Below, one piece after another: positions 8,912-16,271 of a DNA stretch of 18,736 nt (position 1 is the stretch's first letter; each line of letters starts with the position of its first letter). The position numbers were made by a program, and so were the translations under genes. Below the pieces are notes generated by a model. That model ran no database searches. It saw only the letters and a list, made by a program, of their open reading frames with translations, and had not been told where the DNA came from. The DNA is from Calditrichia bacterium (GTDB taxonomy: Bacteria > Calditrichota > Calditrichia > RBG-13-44-9): the NCBI GenBank assembly GCA_037381445.1, contig JARRQT010000025.1, positions 1-18,736 on the forward strand. The letters are read 5' to 3'.

Positions 8912-9018
8912 AATTTCTTCCTTTTTTTATGGTGTTCCTTTAAATTCGCAATTCGATATCGCAACAAATTTAGAATTTCTCAATCGAGATACTGTTTTAT
9001 TCGTACAAGGATCAATTA

Positions 9019-11706
9019 TTAGCTGATCATCGGATTCGCTTTTTGGGGATCGATATCCAGTTCTTTAATGGCTTTCTTCACCACCTCGCTCTTGATTTTA
9101 CCTTCCTGTGAGAGTGCGAAAAGAGCCGCCAGGGCAATGAAGCGGGGATCAACCTCAAAAAATTCCCGCAAATGCCGGCGTCCGTCACTGCGGCCAAAGC
9201 CGTCGGTCCCCAGGGAAATCAGACGGCCCGGGATCCATTTCGCAATCGATTCCGACAGCCCTTTCACATAATCGCTGGCGGCTACAAAAACGCCTTCCGC
9301 TCCTTTCAGCGCCTGGCTGACATATGGAATTTTTTCCTTTTTACCGGGGTGCAGCATGTTCCAGCGTTCCGCAAGCAGCGCGTCCCGATGCAGTTCCTTG
9401 TAGCTGGTCACACTCCAGATATCCGCCGCCACATCAAATTTATCTTCCAGAATTTTCTGGGCCTCGATCACTTTGTTAAGAATGGCGCCGCTACCCATCA
9501 GATTGGCGTTCAGTTTGGCATTTTTCTTTTCGGATGCCTTGAACTTGTATATCCCTTTAATAATGCCTTCTTTGGCCCCTTTGGGCATGGGCGGCTGAAT
9601 GTAGCTCTCATTCATGATTGTGATATAATAGAATCCCGGATTCTGCTCTTCGTACATTTCGCGGACGCCTTCCCGCACGATCACCGCCAGTTCATAGGCA
9701 AAAGCAGGATCGTAGGCCCGCAGCGTGGGATAGGGATAGGCGAGCATGTGACTGTTGCCGTCCTGATGCTGGAGGCCTTCGCCGGCCAATGTTGTTCTTC
9801 CCGAGGTTCCCCCAACCAGAAAACCGCGCGCCTGCATATCGCCGGCAGCCCATGCCAGATCGCCTATCCGCTGCAGACCGAACATGGAATAGAATACGAA
9901 GAACGGGATCATATTAATTCCGTGGGTCGAATATGCGGTTCCGGCAGCGATAAAAGAGGACATGGAACCGGCTTCGGTGATTCCTTCTTCCAGAATCTGA
10001 CCATCCCGCGCTTCCTTGTAATACAGCAGGCTCTCTTTATCCACCGGCTCATAGAGCTGGCCTACGTGGGAATAAATTCCCACCTGCCGGAAAAGTGCCT
10101 CCATTCCAAAAGTCCGCGCCTCATCCGGGATGATAGGAACGATCTGTTTGCCGAATTCGCTTTCCCGCAGCAATTTGGAAATCAGACGTCCGAAGGCCAT
10201 GGTAGTGGCCACCTCACGATCACCGTTTCCTTCATAGAATTCCTGAAAAAGATCTTCGGGCGGCGCTTTCAGTGTTTCACTTTTCATGCGGCGAACCGGC
10301 ATGTAGCCGCCCAACTGCTTGCGCCGTTCGTGCAGATATTGCATTTCCGGGGAATCATCCGCCGGCTTGTAAAACGGCACGGTGTCAATCTCTTCATCGG
10401 AGATGGGTATCCCAAAGCGGGCCCGGAATTCCCGCAGCTCCTGTTCATTCAATTTCTTCTGCTGGTGGGTAATATTCTTGCCCTCGCCTGCCTCACCCAG
10501 ACCGTATCCTTTTACAGTGCGGGCCAGAACAACGGTGGGAGCGCCTTTGTGTTCCACAGCGGCTTTGAAGGCGGCATACACCTTCTCCGGATCGTGACCG
10601 CCCAACCGAAGCTTTTCAAGCTGGTCATCCGACAAATGCTCCACCAATTTGAGCAAACGAGGATCTTTGCCGAAGAAATGCTCCCGGATATAAGCGCCTC
10701 CCCGCACGATATAGCTCTGGTATTCGCCGTCCACCACTTCGCCCATTCGCTTTACCAGCAGCCCGTCTTTGTCCCTTTCCAGCAGCTCGTCCCAGTCGCT
10801 CCCCCACAACACCTTTATCACATTCCAGCCGGCTCCGCGAAACACGGTTTCCAGTTCCTGAATCACCCGGCCGTTTCCGCGCACCGGCCCGTCCAGGCGC
10901 TGCAGGTTGCAGTTAATCACAAAAATAAGATTGTCCAGTTTTTCCCGGGCCGCCAGCGCGATGGCTCCCAAAGCTTCCGGCTCGTCGGTCTCCCCGTCGC
11001 CAAGGAATGCCCATACCTTGTCATGGGAAGTCTTCTTCAGACCGCGATCTTCCAGATAGCGGTTGAAACGCGCCTGATAAATTGCCATGATGGGACCCAG
11101 ACCCATGGAAACGGTGGCAAACTGCCAGAAGTCCGATTTGAGCCAGGGATGGGGATAGGACGGCAGTCCCCCGCCGGGATGCACTTCATGCCGGAAATTT
11201 TTCAATTCCTCCACGGAGATGCGGCCCTCCAGAAATGCACGGGCATAGTTTCCCGGCGAGGCATGCCCCTGGAAAAAGACCTGGTCGCCGCTGAAATCAT
11301 CCTGCGGCGCACGGAAGAAATGGTTGAATCCCACTTCATAAAGCGTGGCAACCGAGGCATAGGTTGAGATATGGCCTCCGATTCCGTTTTCCACCCGGTT
11401 GGCCCGAACCACCATTGCCATGGCATTCCAGCGGATGATGCTTTTGATACGCCGCTCAATTTCCCGGCTGCCCGGAAAAGTTGGCTGTTCTTCCACGGGA
11501 ATGGTATTAATGTAGGGCGTGTTTGCCGTAAACGGCAGCTTGATTCCCGCGGCATAGGCCTGCTGCTGAAGTTCTTTGAGGAGATTTTTTACCCTTTCCG
11601 GACCGCCATGCTCGATCACATAATCCAGCGATTCAAGCCACTCGTTGGTTTCAATTTCCTGTTCGGATAATGAATCCGGTTCTGTCTTATATTTTCCATC
11701 ATTCAT
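9019..11706 (-). CDS. aceE: Pyruvate dehydrogenase E1, homodimeric type
   Basis: 895 aa with ETNEWLESL, GGHISTYAS, FQGHASPG, LPSYPHPW, TVSMGLGP, the ThDP motif GDGETDEPE...NCNLQRLDGPVRGN, PDEARTFGME and GRTTLAGEGLQHQDG. AAGGGA SD. Confidence 0.97.
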   Translation of the reverse strand: MNDGKYKTEPDSLSEQEIETNEWLESLDYVIEHGGPERVKNLLKELQQQAYAAGIKLPFTANTPYINTIPVEEQPTFPGSREIERRIKSIIRWNAMAMVVRANRVENGIGGHISTYASVATLYEVGFNHFFRAPQDDFSGDQVFFQGHASPGNYARAFLEGRISVEELKNFRHEVHPGGGLPSYPHPWLKSDFWQFATVSMGLGPIMAIYQARFNRYLEDRGLKKTSHDKVWAFLGDGETDEPEALGAIALAAREKLDNLIFVINCNLQRLDGPVRGNGRVIQELETVFRGAGWNVIKVLWGSDWDELLERDKDGLLVKRMGEVVDGEYQSYIVRGGAYIREHFFGKDPRLLKLVEHLSDDQLEKLRLGGHDPEKVYAAFKAAVEHKGAPTVVLARTVKGYGLGEAGEGKNITHQQKKLNEQELREFRARFGIPISDEEIDTVPFYKPADDSPEMQYLHERRKQLGGYMPVRRMKSETLKAPPEDLFQEFYEGNGDREVATTMAFGRLISKLLRESEFGKQIVPIIPDEARTFGMEALFRQVGIYSHVGQLYEPVDKESLLYYKEARDGQILEEGITEAGSMSSFIAAGTAYSTHGINMIPFFVFYSMFGLQRIGDLAWAAGDMQARGFLVGGTSGRTTLAGEGLQHQDGNSHMLAYPYPTLRAYDPAFAYELAVIVREGVREMYEEQNPGFYYITIMNESYIQPPMPKGAKEGIIKGIYKFKASEKKNAKLNANLMGSGAILNKVIEAQKILEDKFDVAADIWSVTSYKELHRDALLAERWNMLHPGKKEKIPYVSQALKGAEGVFVAASDYVKGLSESIAKWIPGRLISLGTDGFGRSDGRRHLREFFEVDPRFIALAALFALSQEGKIKSEVVKKAIKELDIDPQKANPMIS

Positions 11707-12086
11707 TGGACATTTCCCTTTTATTTATTTTTTTGATTTCGGATACCGGATAAAGCTAAGATTTTGAATCATTTCCCGGCTTACTGCGAATTGCTGCTTA
11801 TATAGAGTCAGAAAAAACGCCAAGGTTACAAAAAATATTTGAGCATTCATAAAATACATGAGATTCATGAAGAACTCATGAAGTTCAGAACATCGATTGC
11901 GGCAGTGCAAAAAATAAAATGGGGAGCAATTGGACGCCGATAATGCGGCAGCATAGACTTCCCGAAATGCCTGGTCTTTTCGACGGTTCGGATGTTCCGT
12001 TTATTACTTGAAACTGAAGTCTCAGATGGAAAAGATTCCGGCAAATATCGGATCGGGAATTTGATTCCGGCTCTTAATCCGGCGTC

Positions 12087-13493
12087 TCAGATATGTATGG
12101 CTTCTCCCGAAGCATCCCCGGCTGCTTCCATGACGGCCTCAGATAGCGTGGGATGGGCATGCACCGTATGTTCGATTTCCCAATTGGTGGTTTCCAGCGT
12201 TTTGGCGATTCCCAGTTCGGCGATCATTTCCGTGGCTTCGGAACCAAGGATGTGGGCCCCGAGCAGTTCACCGTATTTGGCATCGAATATCAATTTTACG
12301 AGGCCCTCGGTCTCCCCTATGGCGCGCGCTTTTCCGCTGGCGCGAAAGGGAAATCGCCCGATCTTTAGTTCATAGCCGGCTTCTTTGGCTTTTTCTTCCG
12401 TCAGCCCGAGACTAGCCACCTGCGGCTGACAATAGGTGCAGCCGGGAACATTCGTGTAATCCATGGGCGGAGGATTATCCCCGTGCATGTGCTCCACTGC
12501 GGTGATCCCTTCATGGGAAGCCACGTGGGCCAGCCAGGGGGCGCCAATAACATCGCCGATGGCATAGATATTCGGAACTTTGGTTTGATAAAATTTATTA
12601 ACTTTGATTGAGTTTTTCTCCGTCTCGATTCCCAGCGCTTCCAGGCCCAGATTTTCAATATTTCCCAGGATACCGATTGCCACCAGCGCCAGATCACCTT
12701 CAATTTCGGCTTCTTTCCCTTTGGCGGAAACCACAACCTTGACACCATTCTTCGTCTTCTGCAATTTTTCCACCTTGCTGCCCATATAAGGCTTGATTCC
12801 CTGTTTCTTGAAAGACCTTTCCAGTTGTCCGGCAATTTCGGCGTCCTCAATGGGAAGAATATGAGGAAGCATTTCGATGAGATGCACTTCCGTGCCGAAG
12901 GAATTGTAAAAATAGGAAAACTCCACACCAATAGCACCCGCACCGATGACAATCATCCTTTTCGGCGGCTTGTCCAGTAACATGGCCTCTTTGTAGGTGA
13001 TGATTTTCTTGCCATCGTATTCCACCCCGGGAAATGCACGGGCACGCCCTCCGGTGGCGATGACAATTTTATCCGAGGTTACGGTTTTTTCCTTTTTATC
13101 GGAAGTACTTTGAACCAGAACAGTGTGCTCATCCTTCAAACTCCCGATTCCAGGAATATGCTCAATTTTATTCTTCTTAAACAGAAACTGAACGCCTTTG
13201 GAGTTGATGTCCGCCACTTCACGGCTGCGTTTGATGATTTTTTTAAAATCGAAGGACACGTCGGACACCTTGAAACCAAACTCATCGGCCCGCTGAAAAT
13301 GATGCATTAATTCCGCATTTTTCAGGAGCGCCTTGGAGGGGATGCATCCCCAGTTGAGGCAGATCCCCCCGAGAGCATCTTTTTCTATCACCGCTGTCCT
13401 GAAACCTTTTTGCGCAGCTCGTATGGCTGCCACGTAGCCTCCGGGGCCGCTTCCTATCACCAATACATCATAATCGTAAGAATTCGGGCTCAT
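12087..13493 (-). CDS. lpdA: Second dihydrolipoyl dehydrogenase (E3), a distinct paralogue
   Basis: GSGPGGYVAAIRAAQ, GGICLNWGCIPSK, GAGAIGVE, WLAHVASHEG, VPGCTYCQPQVAS, HAHPTLSE. AAGGA SD. Confidence 0.93.
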   Translation of the reverse strand: MSPNSYDYDVLVIGSGPGGYVAAIRAAQKGFRTAVIEKDALGGICLNWGCIPSKALLKNAELMHHFQRADEFGFKVSDVSFDFKKIIKRSREVADINSKGVQFLFKKNKIEHIPGIGSLKDEHTVLVQSTSDKKEKTVTSDKIVIATGGRARAFPGVEYDGKKIITYKEAMLLDKPPKRMIVIGAGAIGVEFSYFYNSFGTEVHLIEMLPHILPIEDAEIAGQLERSFKKQGIKPYMGSKVEKLQKTKNGVKVVVSAKGKEAEIEGDLALVAIGILGNIENLGLEALGIETEKNSIKVNKFYQTKVPNIYAIGDVIGAPWLAHVASHEGITAVEHMHGDNPPPMDYTNVPGCTYCQPQVASLGLTEEKAKEAGYELKIGRFPFRASGKARAIGETEGLVKLIFDAKYGELLGAHILGSEATEMIAELGIAKTLETTNWEIEHTVHAHPTLSEAVMEAAGDASGEAIHI

Positions 13494-13522
13494 TGCACTT
13501 TTCCTTTATTTTGATTTCTTTT

Positions 13523-13921
13523 TTACAATTTATCAAGCGGCTTTCTGCCTGCGAATCCGTCTTCGGCCACATGCCAGAATTTTATGGTCTCTTCTCCCGC
13601 TTTGAAGCAAAGATGGACCTCTTCACCGTTTTTCCGGATATGCGGGAAATCCACCAGCCCTTCCTCCAGCCCGTTCACCAAAATTCCTGCCGAATCCAGC
13701 TTCATCAGGATTTCCACCAGTTTAGTGAGTTCCCTGGGATGTTTCTGTGCGCTATTTAAACTGGTGCCGCCGAAATATTTGTGACTGAAAATATTGTAGC
13801 CGGCCGTCAACAGCGATTTGGTCAGCCTGACCATTTCATCGATCATGGGATGAAACATATGCAGGGTCTGCATGGCTTCGGCCACACTGAAATACCTTTT
13901 ATGCAATCGCCTTTGACTCAT
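13523..13921 (-). CDS. DUF2203-like protein of unknown function
   Basis: N-terminal YFSVAEA and C-terminal GLVDFPH...GEEVHLCFKAGEETIKFWH...GFAGRKPL match the DUF2203 pattern as I recall it (GLvDFP...LCW..GE...WH...GF.GR.P). No search was run. Confidence 0.8.
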   Translation of the reverse strand: MSQRRLHKRYFSVAEAMQTLHMFHPMIDEMVRLTKSLLTAGYNIFSHKYFGGTSLNSAQKHPRELTKLVEILMKLDSAGILVNGLEEGLVDFPHIRKNGEEVHLCFKAGEETIKFWHVAEDGFAGRKPLDKL

Positions 13922-13959
13922 TGATAATACTGATCCACCTGGGTAATCAACTGATATCT

Positions 13960-14772
13960 CTAGTATTTTTTTAGAGGCTCATCCTGGTAGGAAGAATACA
14001 CCAGCTCAATATTGCGCATCATACGGAGTATAATCTGGTAATCGGTGCACCCTTCCAGAATCGAGGCGGTGTTCAGATTATTTGCCTGATTCAGATATTC
14101 CCGGCACTCCTGCTGGCTGTAGATCTTCCCTTCATAAAACGGGTCGATATAGATTTCGTCCATTCCGTTATCGAATTTTACGATAAAATGCGCGGGCATG
14201 GGGACGCCGGCGATAGACAGTTCCAGCCGCCGAGAAATAAGCATGTAGATAACGGAGAGTGTGATCGGAATACCTTTTTTGGTCTCCATCACCCGGTTAA
14301 TAAAACTGTTGTCGGGATTATAATAATCGGAGGTATTTCCTTTGAAGCCAAATTTTTTGAAGATATAATAGTTCAGATGATCAATAAATGCCAGGGGATG
14401 GCCGGTGACAGGCATGTGGTTGCCAATCTCCCCGGCGTAAAGATCCAGACGGTTAACAAATGAGGGAACGTCAACATCGGGATCGTTCCAGTATGCCAGA
14501 AGCATCACCGCTTTCTCCAGGTCGATATCTTCAAGATTGGTTTCAATCAGTTTCCCGAAAGCATCTTTTATCAGGTCAAAATGGAGTTCATTCAGCATTT
14601 CTTCCAGGGAAGGACGCAGCTCAGGATCCGCCTGCATTTGATAAAACGGTCTTTTCAGCAGGATTTCCAGACTGTTTTCCAGAATCGTATTGCGCACTAT
14701 TTTCTGGATTTCCAAACTGTTATCATCCAGTAGTTTTAGCAGGTGCTGAAGATTTAATTCCGTTTCTATCAA
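13960..14772 (-). CDS. SirB1/YchA-like transglutaminase-fold protein (Transglut_core2); 3' end possibly truncated or recoded
   Basis: GFKGNTSDYYNPDNSFINRVMETKKGIPITLSVIY...GVPMPAHF...IYIDPFYEG...ILRMMRNI motifs. N-terminal LLKLLDD helical extension. TTG start with GGAGG SD. Confidence 0.85.
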   Translation of the reverse strand: MIETELNLQHLLKLLDDNSLEIQKIVRNTILENSLEILLKRPFYQMQADPELRPSLEEMLNELHFDLIKDAFGKLIETNLEDIDLEKAVMLLAYWNDPDVDVPSFVNRLDLYAGEIGNHMPVTGHPLAFIDHLNYYIFKKFGFKGNTSDYYNPDNSFINRVMETKKGIPITLSVIYMLISRRLELSIAGVPMPAHFIVKFDNGMDEIYIDPFYEGKIYSQQECREYLNQANNLNTASILEGCTDYQIILRMMRNIELVYSSYQDEPLKKY

Positions 14773-14798
14773 ACGACCTCCGGGTAATGACAGGTTTA

Positions 14799-14827
14799 AA
14801 TGTAATACATGATTTATGATTTCTCAA
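14799..14827 (-). promoter_or_regulatory. Putative sigma70-type promoter for the SirB1-like/DUF2203/lpdA unit
   Basis: Minus strand TTGAGA (14827-14822), 17-nt spacer, TACATT (14804-14799), ending 26 nt before the TTG start and lying downstream of the ftsZ terminator. Confidence 0.5.
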
Positions 14828-14970
14828 CAGGTAATTCCCGGACAAAACGGACTTTATAAAGAAATTTAGTCCATGGATACCAAATTGAATGTTCAGGCGT
14901 AATATTCTATGCCTGCCCAAAAAAGATTTGCTGCTGAGGCGGCTGCTTAGAAATGCTTCGTTGAGGATAT

Positions 14971-14997
14971 AAAAAAGGGCGATTGATCTAATCGCCC
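14971..14997 (-). terminator. Intrinsic terminator of the dcw cluster after ftsZ
   Basis: Minus strand GGGCGATT-AGATC-AATCGCCC-TTTTTT: perfect 8-bp stem, 5-nt loop and U6 tail, about 55 nt after the ftsZ stop. Confidence 0.9.
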
Positions 14998-15052
14998 CGA
15001 TGGGTTATAACGCAGTAAGTTCGAACTTTCGCCGGGAAATCAGAAAGAGTGT

Positions 15053-16228
15053 CTAGTCAATCTGTTTCCGCAGAAATGTGGGAATATCGATATCATCCAG
15101 CGGCAGTTTCAGGTCCGTGTTCTCTTCGCGGCGGGCAGCCTGGTTCATTGAGATTGTCCTGTTGACTGTTTTCTGTTTGTCTTTGTCCCGCATATAAGTG
15201 GGGAGGTCCAGATAGCGTTTGTCCTTCTCCGGCTCTTCATTTTTGCGGGTCATATTATGCAGCCGGCTTTCCGCATCGAAGCCGGTGGCGATAACAGTCA
15301 CGAAGATGGAATCATCCAGATTTGGATCGATCACCGCCCCAAAGATGATATTTGCTTTATCTCCGGCTTCCTCATAAATAATAGTGGTGGCTTCGCTGAT
15401 TTCGTGCAGGGTCATCTGCGCACCACCAGTAATGTTGACCAGCACACCCTGCGCGCCGCGTATGGAAACGCCTTCCAGCAGCGGACTGCTGATGGCCTGC
15501 TGGGCAGCCTGAACGGCTTTGCCTTCGCCGCTTGCGAAACCGGAACCCATAAGGGCATGTCCCATTTCCGCCATAACCGTACGGACATCTGCAAAATCAA
15601 GATTGATGAGACCCGGAATAGCAATAAGGTCCGAAATTCCCTTGGTGGCATGAAGCAGGACATCATCCGCCACCTTGAAAGCATCCAGCAGCGGCGTTGA
15701 TTTATCGACTACCGCAAACAGCCGCTGATTGGGAATGACGATGAGCGTATCCACATTCTTCCGGAGTTCCTCAATTCCCTGGTCCGCCCTCTGCATGCGC
15801 TTCATACCCTCGAAGTGGAACGGCTTTGTGACAATACCAACTGTGAGGGCCCCCATGTCCTTGGCGATTTCGGCAACCACAGGCGCTGCACCGGTTCCCG
15901 TGCCGCCGCCCATTCCTGCAGTCACAAAGACCATATCCGCACCGGCGAGCGCTTCCATGATATCTTCCTTATCTTCTTCGATGGCACGCCGCCCGATTTC
16001 GGGATTTGCCCCTGCGCCCAGTCCCTGGGTCAGTTTCTTGCCGATTTGAATCCGCCGCTGCGCCTTATTTTGATCCAGCGCCTGGGCATCGGTATTAATG
16101 GAAATAAAATCGACACCCTGCAAACCTGCTTCCACCATTGTATTGATGGCATTTCCGCCTGCACCACCAACTCCGATTACCTTCATGCGGGCGTTTTTTT
16201 CAAAACTCTCGTCTAATAAAATGCTCAT
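15053..16228 (-). CDS. ftsZ: Cell division protein FtsZ
   Basis: [12 protein letters not shown], tubulin signature [21 protein letters not shown]-terminal peptide [18 protein letters not shown]. Confidence 0.99.
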   Translation of the reverse strand: MSILLDESFEKNARMKVIGVGGAGGNAINTMVEAGLQGVDFISINTDAQALDQNKAQRRIQIGKKLTQGLGAGANPEIGRRAIEEDKEDIMEALAGADMVFVTAGMGGGTGTGAAPVVAEIAKDMGALTVGIVTKPFHFEGMKRMQRADQGIEELRKNVDTLIVIPNQRLFAVVDKSTPLLDAFKVADDVLLHATKGISDLIAIPGLINLDFADVRTVMAEMGHALMGSGFASGEGKAVQAAQQAISSPLLEGVSIRGAQGVLVNITGGAQMTLHEISEATTIIYEEAGDKANIIFGAVIDPNLDDSIFVTVIATGFDAESRLHNMTRKNEEPEKDKRYLDLPTYMRDKDKQKTVNRTISMNQAARREENTDLKLPLDDIDIPTFLRKQID

Positions 16229-16271
16229 ACGTACCTCCTCAGTTGGTATAATTTTTTATATTCAAATTTTT

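Noticed and set aside
8943..8963. Degenerate heptamer repeat AATTCGC-AATTCGA-TATCGCA between aceE and aceF
   Set aside because: Only two to three imperfect units, too short to distinguish from chance.
9172..11367. 731-aa + strand ORF antisense to aceE
   Set aside because: It lies entirely within a well-conserved gene on the opposite strand and has no recognisable motifs. Long antisense shadow ORFs are a common by-product of codon bias.
11808..11823. Sigma54-like promoter upstream of aceE (minus strand TTGGCG-TTTTTTC-TGA)
   Set aside because: The -12 element reads GA instead of the near-invariant GC. The sigma70 alternative (TTGGCG-N15-TATAAG) has poor spacing.
11725..11910. Small intergenic ORFs (11725-11910 minus, 1075-1287 plus, 14723-14920 minus)
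   Set aside because: They have non-ATG starts, no clear SD and low-complexity AT-driven composition, and they overlap likely promoter DNA.
11910..11963. Possible terminator between lpdA(2) and aceE (GGGAAG...GCCG-N6-CGGC...CTCCCC plus a T-rich tail on the minus strand)
   Set aside because: The stem is interrupted by large internal loops and is not a convincing intrinsic terminator.
11900..12040. Possible TPP riboswitch upstream of the ThDP-dependent aceE (minus strand CTGAGA ... GAACC ... GGGAAG)
   Set aside because: It lacks the ACCUGAU and GxUAAUxCC elements and a convincing P2 pairing. The CTGAGA is explained by the 9-bp duplicate of the lpdA stop region. An Rfam RF00059 scan would settle it.
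13960..13962. Genome-wide TAG reassignment or pyrrolysine as the explanation for the SirB1-like stop
   Set aside because: ftsZ, ftsA, ftsQ, murB and dppC all end in TAG at their expected C-termini, so TAG is a normal stop here. No pyl genes are in the window.
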